From contig OX597814.1 of the NCBI GenBank assembly GCA_951406725.2, positions 130,200,001 through 130,264,000 of the forward strand: a stretch of DNA of 64,000 nt. Direction: 5' to 3'. The DNA comes from Octopus vulgaris (taxonomy: Eukaryota). Position numbers and translations under genes: made by a program. The stretch's first letter is position 1. The number at the start of each line of letters is the position of its first letter. This document shows positions 40,052-55,486 of the stretch, in pieces. The notes under the pieces were generated by a model. The model made no database searches and was not told where the DNA came from. It worked only from the letters and a program-made list of their open reading frames with translations.

Positions 40052-40454
40052 GTGTGTGTGTATATATATATATATATATGCATGTATGTGCTCATGCATA
40101 CACTTACGCACACATATGTATACATACAACTGTGTGCTTGATAAATTAAACTCTCAGTGAGATAATGCAAAATATTTCAAGTCGAATAAGGTATTGTTCA
40201 GAAACTGCTTAAGAAGTTATTTTAACAAGAGCTATGATGTATATCTTTGTGCATAGATTAAACTAAATTATAACAAACGAAGGGAAAACGTAAAATAAAT
40301 ATAATAATATAACAACAACCTTCAACAGGTTGTCTTGATATTATTGTTTTGTATCGTATTATTCGTAAACAACTATTACCATCTGCGACACATGAGAACT
40401 GCTTCAGGGATGAGACATCAACATTTGGCTGAATTTTCGTATTTCACCATATTT

Positions 40455-40765
40455 CTCTTCTTCTTCGCCCTTTTCAAGCCTAGCCAGGCTCATGGGCCCG
40501 GTTTCCCGGTTTCTATGGCGTATGTGTTACCCCCCAGCTGGACGGGACGCCAGTCAATCGCAGCGTTACTCAAGAAAGAGGAAGAAAGAATGAGAGAAAG
40601 TTGGGGCGAAAGAGTACAACAGGGGTCGCCACCCCCCTCTGCCGGGGCTTCGTGGAGCTTTTAGGTGTTTTCGCTCAATAAACACACACAAAGACCGGTC
40701 TAGGAATCGAAACCGCGATCCTCCGACCGCGATTCCGCTGCTCTAACCACTAGGCCATTGCACCT
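40455..40765 (-). mobile_element. SINE family C
   Basis: Reverse complement of 2834-3145 with (GAA)n tail. Confidence 0.85.
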
Positions 40766-41458
40766 AAATTTCAATACATGAGTTGATATAAATGACATTC
40801 AATAATCATCCAAACGGAACGAATTGACAGTCTCGTAAACCCTGTCACGCTGTTATTAATGTGATAAACTACCACACTTAAATTTAGTGAAGGTCGACCA
40901 TACTACGAATTAGAGAATGTTCTAGAAGTTATTTAAAGAAAACTAACGCGTCCTTCACATACGTACATATCGTATGTGTGTTTGCGTGTGTGTGCGTGCG
41001 CGCATATGTATGTATATGCGTGTGTTGCGTGCGTACGTGCGTGTGTGTCCCTCAATACGGTTTCCGTAATGTCAAATCCCTCAGCGAGTGACTTTCCTCT
41101 GTCCGCCGAAAGAGACTAGTCTTTAGGACTGCGAGGCACTTATGCAATTGCACTGTTATCGCGTATTTTGAGGAATCTTTTTGTCACTCATTCTATCAAT
41201 TGCGGCGTATTTCAGAGTTTAGTTTTGCTCCCAACTCCCATCCTTTAATTCATCAGTGATTTCTTTGCCGCCATATGCAACAACGCCCACTCTCTCAGAT
41301 GATACTATCTTGGTTTCCTCCTTAACATTTTCTGACAATTCTATTTTCATTCACAGCCTTGTAACCACGCACCAATCCTACACAGACCCTATGAATAAAG
41401 ATATGAAAGCGTCGCGTCTCTTTTAAAAGAAAATACATACGGTTTACATAAATATATA

Positions 41459-41977
41459 CCGTAAATCTTCGAGTATAGTCCGCCTTTGAGTATAATACGC
41501 AGGGGATTTTTAGAATGCTGTACCTCTGAAAAACCTAAACCTTGTTTATAATACGCACTCCTTCTCTAACTTAAGTCGTGCGTATTTAAGCCAGCAGCAC
41601 CCAGTCGAACAAACACTTCTGCGCATGCGTAATACAATAATGGTGATGTTCTTAACTGTTATATGGAAATGTAAATATATTTGCAAATTGTTTTTGTTAC
41701 ATGTTATTCTGTGTTCTGAATACTTTTATTTTCATAAATATTGCTTACTGCAAGTTATGGATGATTCTTTTATGAGTTCATTACTTTCAGGCTTAGCTTA
41801 AGTTATCTTCGTGCCCGGCATCACAAAATGCATCTCAATAAACATTGCTGGACAGCAAATAGAGACTCGGACGTTGCTTAGAAAATATTTTTCATTTTTA
41901 ACCTATATAGTACGCACAAGGGATTTTGACCTTTAAATTTTTGGGGGAAAATGCGGATTATACACGAGGATTTACGG
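41459..41977. mobile_element. Non-autonomous pogo/Tc2-like DNA transposon (MITE)
   Basis: TA|CCGTAAATCTTCGAGTATAGTCCGC ... GCGGATTATACACGAGGATTTACGG|TA, with subterminal TATAATACGC repeats. Confidence 0.85.
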
Positions 41978-44277
41978 TACATAATCTCCCTTTCTCTCTC
42001 AATTTCTTTCTCTCTCTCTCTCCCTCTTCACACACACACATATAATCAATATGGAGAATTATTCTCCGTAAATAGCACAACTATTTAGTGCTCAAAGTTA
42101 ACTGGGCTATTTGAATATTACGGAATTTGCGACATGCATATCCATTGTAGTATTATAGCAGCACTGCTTTCCTTCACCTGCGCGTGCAACTGTGTGTATG
42201 TGCACCTGTCACTTTCCTTCCATTTGTTACTAAACTAATAAAAGAAACTGATATATGAGTATGTGCATAATTCTGTATGTAGTTGTCAGAAATGAAGATG
42301 GTCATAGTTAAAATAGCGACCTCACAGTAAATTTTCAACAAAAGGAACTACAATTTTTTGTTGCAACTCATTTATGCCTTCGAAGACATTAGGGACTACA
42401 AATCACGACAAAATAACCTAATCCATTTTGCAATCTCTTTTTAATCATTTATGTTTTACTTGCTTCAGCCAACTGACCTCGGCCATTCTGGAGCTCCGCT
42501 GTAAAGTGATTCAGTCGAACAAATCGACCCTTGTACCCGTTCTTAGATTTGGCACATACTCTTTACGTCTTTATTACCAAATCGCTAAGTTACGGAAACA
42601 CGAACAAGCCAACGCCGGTTGTCAAGCGATGAGTGGAGGGCAAAAACACAATCATGCACACGCACACACATACACACATGCAAATTATATACAACAGGGT
42701 TCTGGTTTTGGGTTCAATTCCCCGGCGCGCAAGTACGTTTGTTATGAGCCCGGGTTGATCAATGCCTTATGAGTGAATGTGGTAGACGTAAACTGCGAGG
42801 AGACCCGTCGTATAAATACGTAGGGGATTGTTGTAGATGGTTTGTTTGTGTATATATGCGTAAATGTGACTATCAATCTGTCTTTCTATCTGTCTATCTC
42901 TCTCTCTATATATATATATATGAAAAGGTTGAATTATATTTCATTCTTTACTTTGGACGGTTCCAAAGGGCGATTCCTAACAAAGATTCTTCATATTTTG
43001 GTGGTAGCTTACTGGCGTAAGATTTTTGCGAATATGAAAATATTATATGTATATGGTGTGTTATGAGAATTTATGGAAAGGTATCCCATAGCAACTCAAC
43101 AAATTTGTTAAAAATGGAGAAGAGAAGATGTTAAAATTTGAAATAATTTTAATACATGCATACGATTATTTTTATTATTACAGAAGACTTGATGAATGAA
43201 ATAGCAGATAACAAATTCGGATATACATATATTATCCTTATGAAAAATTGAGAGCTTACTAAAGAATGTGAGTCTAGTTGAGTATAAACTGAAACTGATG
43301 CAGCTAACGGTTGTTTGAAAATATGAGTGAAAAATGTTTAAGAGACTCTCCCTCTATAGAAGAGTAAGTAGATAAGTAATTCAAAACTCCAAGTAAGTCA
43401 TTTATCATAGGAAGTTTAATAGAGGAATCCAATGGAACGGCATAGTTATGTTTGAATTAGGATATGACTTGACAGTTATAAGTAATATTAGGTATGGTGT
43501 GTATTAAAAGATTTTTTGTGTGAGAATGAAACTAAACTAGTGAATGTAGTTATATAGTAGGCTGCTAGAATGCAACGAGAATAAAAGTTAGTAGAAATAC
43601 TTCAAGAGCTACATATATTGGAATTATGTTAGTGTAAGAACTTATATTCATTTGTGTGTGCTAAATATAAGATAAAAAATAAAAATAAAAATAGGAAAAT
43701 TAGTTGTTAATATTACAGAATTAAGATAGTAAGTACTTGCTCTGGTTATAAATATTTTTTAAAAAACGTTCAGAGGTACAATAGATACTGTAAAACTGAA
43801 AATTAACAATGTAGAGGAGATAATATAGCTAGAAAAATGATAGTAAATATTATTTTAAATTATAAATATCGATATTTAGTAGGTTGACTATGTTTATATA
43901 TAAATAAAAATATGAGTTAAGAATCTAGTTTACAATAAAGTGAGAGGGAAGTATATAAGAATTCTATGCAAGTAATGAGTGTTTAACTAACACAAGGTTA
44001 TTCATGGAGTAGTGTGTGCACATAAGCATACTGGATATACATAATAATTCATATATAAAATATTATAACAGAAAAGAATTTTATACTGTATGCTGATTCA
44101 TTTGCAGAGGACATATCCGCGAAATAGTATACATAGATTTATGTATAGCAGCTGTTTTTTCAATTGTTTTATTTCATATACACCCAAACAGCTAGAATAT
44201 ATAAATCCATGTATACATATTACATGTAAACATGCAATATATACATATACATATACATATATATATATATATATGTA

Positions 44278-44690
44278 TAGGCGCAGGAGTGGCTGTGTGG
44301 TAAGTAGCTTGCTAACCAACCACATGGTTTCGGGTTCAGTGCCACTGCGTGGCATCTTGGGCGAGTGTCTTCTGCTATAGTCCCGGGCCGACCAATGCCT
44401 TGTGAGTGGATTTGGTAGACGGAAACTGAAAGAAGCCTGTCGTATATATGTATATATATATATATATATATGTGTGTGTTTGTGTGTCTGTGTTTGTCCC
44501 CCTAGCATTGCTTGACAACCGATGCTGGTGTGTTTACGTCCCCGTTACTTAGCGGTTCGGCAAAAAAAAGGCCGATAGAATAAGTACTGGGCTTACAAAG
44601 AATAAGTCCCGGGGTCGATTTGCTCGACTAAAGGCGGTGCTCCAGCATGGCCGCAGTCAAATGACTGAAACAAGTAAAGAGTAAAAGAGT
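44278..44690 (+). mobile_element. SINE family A, full length, young
   Basis: Near-identical to 53663-54082; flanked by (TA)n. Confidence 0.92.
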
Positions 44691-45029
44691 ATATAGTATA
44701 TATATATATATATATATATATTCCTTGTTTTTGTATACATTCGCTGCTTTCTCGGAAGGAATCTAGTTTAGTTTTCCTTGGGGGTGGCCAGATTGGCGCA
44801 ATCGCAAGTATAATCAGCCGAAATTGCGAAGATAATCTGGTACTTGACTGAGGAATGACTCGTCCTTGTTTTCTTGGTATCGTCTATCTGGATATTTTGT
44901 TGTCCCATTTTTGTATCACCTAACTGTCCGGATGTTATATATATATATACAAACAATTGTACGTAAGTGCATGAATACTTTTTTCTGTCTATCCGCACTC
45001 ACATGCGCGCGCACTCACACACACACGCA

Positions 45030-45098
<69 letters not shown>

Positions 45099-45174
45099 AC
45101 ATAATGTACTGTTCTGTGTTGGTAAGATTAACAAAAACAAGGCACTCCATCCAGTGAGAGATAAACATTATTTG

Positions 45175-45362
45175 ATAAACACAGTGTATTTATTTATGTG
45201 CTGCTATTAGTTTCATGTGCTGAGAGCGTGCCAAATAAATTCTTTTAGCACGTTTGGTGTCTGATGATTGTGCTAGGACACCAGACATGTTATAAAACTG
45301 TTTGGCATGCTCTCAGCATACGAAACTAACACTAGCACTTAAATAGATATATTGTGTTTATT
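45175..45362. repeat. ~190-bp palindrome containing a decayed hammerhead
   Basis: GTGCTGAGAGCGTGCCAAA/TTTGGCATGCTCTCAGCAT arms; GTGT-CTGATGA-TTGTGCT..AGCATA-C-GAAA..TA-GCAC at 45257-45338. Confidence 0.65.
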
Positions 45363-45370
45363 AAAGTATG

Positions 45371-45465
<95 letters not shown>

Positions 45466-45471
45466 ATATAT

Positions 45472-45662
45472 AGTTGAAATTTACAGAAAAGCAAAAGAGG
45501 AAGACAGGTGTATGAACAACAAGCAGGTGTATTAGCTTGACGTTCAGGAAAGTGAGAAAGTATTTTACGTTTCGAGCCTACGCTCTTCAACAGGAATCAG
45601 GAATAAGAGACAATAAACAGAGAAAGAATAAAAAACTTGTGGATTTAGCGATCAACCATGGT
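45472..45662 (-). mobile_element. Repeat family E copy with variant HHR (45562-45597)
   Basis: CTGTTGA-A-GAGCGTAGGCTC-GAAACGTA on the minus strand. Confidence 0.7.
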
Positions 45663-46327
45663 GACTGGTCGGGATGTGGGTGTGGGGATGTCGTGTAGGA
45701 ATGTGGGTGTGTGGGTGTGGGGATGTTGGTGTGGGATATGTGGAACATAAACTATTCTTTCGAACAACGAAAAACACAAATGGAAAACAAAACAAACAAC
45801 ATAAGTTGTTGGCTGTTTTTCTAGTCTCGTATTTCAAGCATTTAACAACAATATACGCTTCCGATGAAACAGTTGCTCCCGCAAAGCAAATTAAATAAAA
45901 TTTGAGATTTTGCGGAGGGTCAAAATTGGTAACACAAACAGGACAGTGAAAACAAACAGGAAGGGCTGCTAAGCATAAAACAAGTTGTGGTGGCGAACGC
46001 GCAAATCAAGCTTGGGCAGGAGACAGACAAGAACACGTCTTCTCGATCCAGCTACAACAGAGAAAAAGAAAGAAACACAAGTTAGGAGAAGAAAGAAAGA
46101 TGTCCGATGGTCACGTGGGAGCCACGTGAGCAAAGGAGGAAGAGTGAGGGGAGAGAGAGTGACAGAGTAATAGGATAGAATAATGGGAGAAGAGGAGGTA
46201 ATAGAATAAGAGAGAGAAAGAGAGATAATCGAAAGAGTATAAAAGATATATATACACATATATATGTGTGTGTATGTATATGTATGTATATATATTTATG
46301 TGTATACATATATGTATATATATATGC

Positions 46328-46396
<69 letters not shown>

Positions 46397-47255
46397 CATA
46401 CATACATATATGCATACGTACATGCATACATACATATATATATATTCATACATCCGTCATTCATATACCCGAATACAAACATATACACAGGCACACAGGA
46501 AATACAGATATTAAAATAAACATCAATTTAACTCCTCCGCATTTATTTTAATATCAATATGTGCACTGTCTAGTGTATTGTACATGTATATCTTTACATT
46601 ATATTAGATTACATTGTTTTGCATCACTCTGTGAATATTATTATATAAAATATAAAAAATACACAGATAATGTACTACGAGTCTATATATATGAGCGCGT
46701 ATGTGAAGAAGAGAACGAATGAAAGAGGGAGTGAGTGAAACGAGTGCTGGTATATATGATGTAGCGTGTGAAGTTTGGCTGTACAACAATGTCTTTCTTT
46801 ACACTCCAGCGCCTCCTACGGCGTTATAGAGAATTTATTAGTGACAGATATCGTTTAACGTATATTTGAAATATGCACGCCATCGCCTTCTATGACGGAA
46901 CGTCCATCTTCGTGTCTCTCGCGTTGTTTTCCTGTTCTCTTTGCCAGCTTCTTTTCTTTCTTGTATATCAAAATATTCTTTATAAACTCTTGGATCTTAT
47001 CTTTAAAAGTACATTTTCAATTTTCTCAGATGGCAATACAGTCTACTGTAACTCTCTCCCTCTCTCTCTCTCTCTCTATCACACACACACACACACAGTC
47101 GCTCACAAAGACGTACGCACGCTCGCACGCTCTCACATACATAGATCATACCTTTTGATGCTTCTTTTAATGTGAAGTTACACAAAAACAAGGATCACTC
47201 AGTACTTTTCAGTAAAGTACACCTTTACTAACTTTTACATGGAAAAGTTTGACTG

Positions 47256-48182
<927 letters not shown>

Positions 48183-48579
48183 CAGAAGAGTGATTTTGTA
48201 CTTGCTCGCCGCCAACAGCATCCAGCAAAGAAGGAAATAAAAATTTACACACACGCGCTTTAATAAAAGCATAGTATCACACTCTGCTAGGTTATAAACA
48301 CGTATTAGATATACTTTGATATCTTCGAACCAATACTGCACCTCGTCTGTTATAGTCACAACATTTCGGCCGTTCTACCTTTCGGGCTTCATTACTTGTT
48401 ATATACTGAAACGTTCACTGATTTTCTAACCGTTCCCTTCCTTTAATTAATTCACATGTTAAATTGTCCTTATTACCTTTTCCCTGCAGGGAGTTTCATT
48501 TACTTATTAATCAATTGATTAATTAATTAAATAATTAATTAATTTTGTCCTATAATGTAAGCATTTTAGCTATTTCTAA

Positions 48580-49029
48580 CTATTTCAGTGTATTGTATTG
48601 TCAACCATCACAACGAACAGCGATTGGCCTGCCTTGAACATGTAATGTCCACCATTTTCAGTGTATTATATTGTCAACCATAACAATGAACAGCGATTGG
48701 CCTGTCTTTAACATGTGGTGTCCACATTTGAGCTTTGTCTTTGTTATGTTTGTTGTTTGTTGCCTCAGCTATATTACTTACATAAACCATAAAGCGTACA
48801 GAGAACATGCCGAAACACGAATATGAAAATCAATGTGTACTTTCAAAGCAAACTTCTTTGTTTTATACGAGGCAGGGTGGAAGGAAAGCACAATGTTTGG
48901 TGTGTTAACTAAGAATTCACATCTCTGTATCAAATAAAGATATTAAAGATTTTCAAACACGTGAACTCAGAAAACCACAAGAAAGTATTTCAAGTAGCGG
49001 ATATCGAGGTATTGACGAAATAGGTGGGT

Positions 49030-49084
<55 letters not shown>

Positions 49085-50700
49085 ACGTAATACCAAGTTG
49101 TAAAATTAACGATACTCTCTGTCATAAGAACAGAATCTACTGATGCACTTTACACTATAACATCACAATATTTTAAGCCCATGGTCTCTTCGTCTACTTT
49201 GGTTAAAAAGAGTTTGCTGGTTTCGAGGTTTGTAAAGTTTCTAGTCGTCGAACAAAAACAGAAGCAAATGTTAATTCTACGCTTTTACTACATTTTGTCA
49301 ATATCGCTTGAAAAGAATCTTAAAGGAAACAGGTTAGCACATTACGAAATTGCTACAGAGAGTAGTAATCATAATTTAATATAGCTACTTCCTGTAATTA
49401 GTACTTTGGAAGAATTGTGGTTTACTGTCAAAACTGATTGAGTTACAGAAAACACCTAATGAGACTGCAGACACAATTACTAATTATGTATAGGAAACTC
49501 TGGAGGAAAATGACCTCTCCGAAATGTGTTGCCTTCATAGGTAGCAAATATGATACAATATTTAGAGGACTCAGGCGTAATGAAGACAATAATAACGTTT
49601 TTTGCAAATTAAAAGAATATGTTTCGAAGAGATCATTAATTGGAGTGAGTTTCTCAGCGAGTATTTTAAATGACTGCGTCCATTATACAGTAGAAAGACT
49701 GGATAATGACACTGAAACACTTCCTCAATATATTTCTGTTTATACAGATCGAATTGAGCAGCACAAGTAGTTAGTATTGTTATTTCAGTGAAGTTGAATA
49801 TAGTCTTCTGCCATAGACCAGCTGTTACTGTTGCCTGGCATCATAAGGTTACTAATAATATTTCCTGTTTGCAATCTTTCTCGCTATCATATGACAAACC
49901 ACCCATAGTAAATGAAAGGTAAAATGAGATTTGCTTCTGGCTCACGTACTCACTAATGAATGCAGTTCACATACTTTGAAACTATTGAAACGAAAAGTAA
50001 TTTCCATTGTAAAAGTGTGGACGAATTTTGAATCTTTTCATAAAATGCTTGTCGAACGTGTAAGCAGAATTTCATTCCCTTGAAAGTTAAGTGAGAACTT
50101 GTTCAAAAAATAACGCCCAGAAGGAAAAGGGAATAAGTGCAACGAGTTTTGTGTTGATATTGTTAATCTATGCGACAGATGCCGACAGTTTAATGAGAAA
50201 CAGATGAAATGAATGAAAACACTTTCTCCTATCGAGTGAAACATTTAACTGAGCTGATGTGGAGCCGTGTTTTAAATATTGTATTGATGAAGAGTTGGAA
50301 GTTTATGATGTTGTATGCTTTAACCTAAGGTAGTGTGTGAAAAATTACAACGGTGACAAAAAATTTTGTAATACAGCGAAAACAGAAAGTTGGCTATATA
50401 CATTGATAAAAAAAAAAAAGCCACAGAATATTGAATGCCATTCAGAATTGATAAGAATTGCAGATTCTATTCCGATATTTAATCTCAGTTCAAATAGAAA
50501 TTGTAAAGGATTAAATCGAGTGTTAAAACAATGAAGCGTATTCTCACTTTAGAGTACAACAGTACAACTTCCTAAATGCATCTTTTAGTGATTTCTATAT
50601 CTTTCTTAAGAGGAAACATACAATAATGAAAAAAGATCCATTCAATAAACATGAATGCATCAAGTCACACATACACACACAGTGGGAGAAGACAGTAACT
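48580..50700 (+). pseudogene. Heavily decayed hAT-like transposase with subterminal ~73-bp tandem repeat
   Basis: Peptide remnants GRVE..AQCLVC, FSSRRTKTEA, NNVFCKLK..LIGV..SILNDC in shifting frames; direct repeats at ~48583-48655 and 48656-48727. Boundaries approximate. Confidence 0.6.
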
Positions 50701-51093
50701 ACGGGAAGTAAGATATTCAGCCGTAAGCAAAGATATTTTTCTTTTAGGTTTAAGTATTCACTATTTATAATTCAGTGCTTCATAGTCGATAAGATATTTG
50801 TGGAAATAAATATGACATAAACCAAAGCGAAAATATATCATGTGTACTATTGTATATGTACATATTTCGAACTTGTTGAGCATACAAAATGAGGTGCTGA
50901 ATCTCATAGTTTAACATTTCTGTCTATTCGTAATGTTCATTAACAATTCGTTCTATGCGTTCACAAGGTCAGACTGAAATTTTGTGAGAAGGGGCCAGTC
51001 GATTAAATCGAGCCCATTGCTCAACTGGTATATATTTTATTAACTACGAAAGGATAAGAGACAAAGTCGACGTCAACGGTATTTTAATTAACA

Positions 51094-51312
51094 AGGCGGC
51101 GAGCTGGCAGAATCGTTAGCACGCTTAGTGGTATTTCATCTGCCGCTACGTTCTGAGTTCAAATTCTGCCGAGGTCGACTTTGCCTTTCATCCTTTCTGG
51201 GTCGATTAAATAAGCACCAGTTACGCACTGGGGTCGATATAATCGACTTAATCCGTTTGTCTGTCCTTGTTTGTCCCCTCTGTGTTTAGCCCATTGTGGG
51301 TAGTAAAGAAAT
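51094..51312 (+). mobile_element. SINE family B nested in an older opposite-strand copy
   Basis: Full head and tail; TATTTTAATTAACAA repeated on both sides (target-site-duplication-like). Confidence 0.88.
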
Positions 51313-53598
51313 AGATATTTTAATTAACAATCATAAAAATAATAGGCCTTTTTCGAACCTACATTAGAATCGTTAAACTCTGATTTCTCGAATTCAAGTT
51401 TCAAACCGTCCCAAGGTGGGTTGTACATTTACCACAACCGAGTCAATAAATTATATTGGCGAAAGTAGATTCAATTTTATGGAAAATAAACACAAATGAG
51501 TATCAACTGATACGTGGGGAGGGAGATCAGTTTCATATTTTATCACAAAATGTTAGATCATATTCTTCAAAGGCATAATTATGTGTTACGTACATGACAC
51601 TCATTCACATACATCCACATATACGTGTTTATTTATGAGCCATATTTACACGTAGAGAATCATATGTATAAGAACATCCATCTATATTAAAAACACGCAT
51701 GTATGCGAGCGCACACACACAAATACACACAATGTGTGTATTTATATGGCTATTGAATAGGATATGCTTCGTGGGGTAGTCTAGATGACGAAATATGGCC
51801 GATGCTTTCACAAACTGGTTTTAGCGAGTATTTATTTCCACACTAGTCTACATTGTTCATATTGGCAAAAAATTCCGATCAAATGATCGTAAAACAATTA
51901 TCTCCCTTGATTGATCTGTTAGATTTTAAGAATTTCTAAAGATTTGTTTACTAATTTCTTGGATAATCTCATTTGATTGACATTTTCTTTCAGCTCAATG
52001 TTTACATATTTGAAACCCTGTGGTATTTATGTATGCATATATGAGAATTTGTCAGTCAACCTGTATATGCTCTTCTCATTTAAATTACTTGAAATATTCC
52101 TATAAGTAAGGACCTGGTTTCTAACAAAGATGCAGGGCTCTTTAGTTGGAACCTAAATAACAAGGACAGCGTTACAATGTTGCATATTTTTACTATTCTG
52201 CTTACAAACTGTGTTTGTAATGTGGGTGTTTCATGCCGGAGTGGTAAGAGTACTTTACTCGTCTTAAATAGCTTACAGCTGTAGTAATACTACCTGCGTT
52301 GACGTTGTTATCAATACCAAGCACGATGTGTACTAGCAAAATTCCAATTGTTGTAAGATACACTTTGTAATCCGGTTTGAATAATGCTACGTTGGGTAAG
52401 TAAAAAGCGTATAAATCAGTTACTGATTTAGGCAGAAGTCGGGATGATTGTAGAACTGTTCCAAAAGGCATTTTTAGCGGTCCTCTACGTCTGGACAAAA
52501 GTGAAGGCGTATGACTCAGTGGTTAGAACGTTGAGGTTGTGACTTCGATCACGTCTGGACATCTGATGTTGATGGTGCCTCGTTGTATATGTTTGTAAGC
52601 ATGTATGTTTGATGAATATACGCGTGTATGTATGCATGCATGTATGTATGTATGTATGTATGTATGTATGTATGTATGTATGTATGTATGTATGTATGTA
52701 TGTATGTATGTATGTATGTATGTATGTATGTATGAGTCTTGAAGTTTAATATCTGTTCCAGGAAGACTAATTTAATAATCACCAATAGAATGATATTAAA
52801 AGAATGATTTAAAACATACAAACGTGTTCGTCTTTCTTCTGCCTATTACTATTAGAGTACATGAACTAAAAAGTCGTTTCTGTTGTTTTATCGTTAAAAC
52901 ATTTGAATGCATTTCAATAAGTATGAGAGTTGCTTATCGCAACAAGTGTAATAATAATCATGCCAGTTTCACAGTATGGACATGTATTATAGTAATTTTG
53001 AACATATTTACTATGTATGACAAACAGAGATCGTGAATTTATTATGTATTGCTACACTTATAAAGCAGTGCTCCATGATGACCAGAACTTGTAACAAATA
53101 CGATGTAACTTCTTTGAAAATTAGTTGCGCTATAGATATAAAGCGGGTACATGAGCAACACATTATTAGCCACGTACATGTACTTCTTTTTTATACTTTC
53201 ATACAATAATACACACACACACAAATATTTAAAACGTTTTTTGCAAAGAATTCTTGATATAGTTAAACTATTTGAAACAAGTATATTTTTACAGTAAGTC
53301 TCTTAAAAAACAGAATGATACGAACTTTTGGAAGGAAGTTTTCATATTGCGTTAAATGCTTTCACTGATTAAAGCTTTTCAAACACACGATTATGCTATT
53401 ACCGTATAATATGTGTCTTCGAAATGATATAAATAGAGGAAATGTTTAACTCAATATGAAAGCTTCCAAAAGATTTATCATATCCTTTGCTCTTTTACAG
53501 ATACTTTTATATAATTAATAATTTCTAATTTAAGAAAATTATCATATATGCATGTGTGTGTGTGTGTGTGTGCGTGTATGTATGAATATATGTATATG

Positions 53599-53662
<64 letters not shown>

Positions 53663-53666
<4 letters not shown>

Positions 53667-54081
53667 CGCAGGAGTGGCTGTGTGGTAAGTAGCTTGCTAA
53701 CCAACCACATGGTTCCGGGTTCAGTCCCACTGCGTGGCATCTTGGGCAAGTATCTTCTGCTATAGCCCCGGGCCGACCAATGCTTTGTGAGTGGATTTGG
53801 TAGACGGAAACTGAAAGAAGCCTGTCGTATATATGTATATATATATATATATGTATGTGTGTATATTTGTGTGTCTGTGTTTGTCCCCCTAGCATTGCTT
53901 GACAACCGATGGTGGTGTGTTTACGTCCCCGTCACTTAGCGGTTCGGCAAAAAGAGAACCGATAGAATAAGTACTGGGCTTACGAAGAATAAGTCCCGGG
54001 GTCGATTTGCTCGACTAAAGGCGGTGCTCCAGCATGGCCGCAGTCAAATGACTGAAACAAGTAAAAAGAGAAAAAAAAAGA

Positions 54082-54082
<1 letters not shown>
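53663..54082 (+). mobile_element. SINE family A, full length, young
   Basis: Complete head, core and tail between (TA)n tracts. Confidence 0.92.
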
Positions 54083-54123
<41 letters not shown>

Positions 54124-54691
54124 GGCGTGGATTCTATCGATATTGGATTAAAGTTCCAGCTAGTCATATTTTTACTAAACGTAAGCTATGAGAATTAATT
54201 CAAGTGCTTCGACTGGTATGAATTTAGATAACTAGCATACTGAAAGAGGTACACAAATAAAAATTTTAATTGCTACTTATCTGGAGAATAAAAAATTCGA
54301 AATCTAGCGACAAATATATTAGAAACAAGATAAAAAAATTTTAAAAATAGGAGACCATTTCCTGAACGGAAAAATTAATTTCACAGAAAATGTAAGTTTC
54401 TTCTTTCGTAGAGTAAAAAAAACAAAACAACAACAGCAGCAACAACAACAACACTACAACAACAATAACTACAACAACAAATTTGCATTTTGTTTTCTCT
54501 GAGCAGACCGTTAGACATCATCAGCGAAAGTATAGACCACTGAAGCCGTTAGACTTCATCAACGAAAGTATAGTCCTCTGAAGCCCATGTCTGTTGCAAG
54601 CTTATTCATCAGTCGTGAATATCATTATTATTATTATTTCTGCTAATCGGCTGCTATGCAAAAATGTATAGAAAAATGATGGTGGTGATGG

Positions 54692-54749
<58 letters not shown>

Positions 54750-55121
54750 AATGTTCCGAAATATAAAAATATCAGCAAATTTTATTCACGTTTGTTGCTA
54801 AAGGGTAAAACTATAATTGAATACGTTAGTATGTTGAAGATTTATCTATTAACTGTAGCTGGTCATTCAGAGGTGAAAAGCTATTTATAACAACAGTTTT
54901 CTCCCGTCACCTCACTACCACAACCACTTCCGTAACCATCAACGACGGTTTACCTGCCACCTTTATTTGTTTTATGCTACTATGCAACGGTTTTCAAGCT
55001 ATGCTTTAGCATACTTAAAAGGTAAAGTCCATTGCCCTCGATTCAAATCAATGTGTCAGTTGGAATATCTAAGTATTATTTCTATTCCACGGAGATAGTG
55101 TCATATTAAACGTACGCATGA

Positions 55122-55486
55122 ACATACATACATGCATACATACATACATACATGCATGCATACATACATACATACATACACACATGCATACATACATACA
55201 CACATGCATACATACATACACACATGCATACATACATACATACATACATACATATAGACATACATACACACATACATACATACATACACACATGCATACA
55301 TACATATATGCATACATGCATACATACATACATACATACATACATGCATGCATACATACATACACACATGCATACATACATACACACATGCATACATACA
55401 TACATACATACACACATACATACATACACACATGCATACATACATACATACATACATACATACATACATACATACATACATACATA
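55122..55486. repeat. (CATA)n compound microsatellite with CACATG interruptions
   Basis: Directly visible. Confidence 0.95.

Noticed and set aside
42930-44090. AT-rich non-microsatellite block, possibly a decayed LINE
   Set aside because: No diagnostic motif could be read.
44278-44350. SINE heads as tRNA genes
   Set aside because: A and B boxes present but no complete cloverleaf; each continues into SINE body.
54505-54590. Two ~39-bp direct repeats, CRISPR-like at a glance
   Set aside because: Adjacent tandem duplication with no spacers, no cas genes, eukaryotic context.
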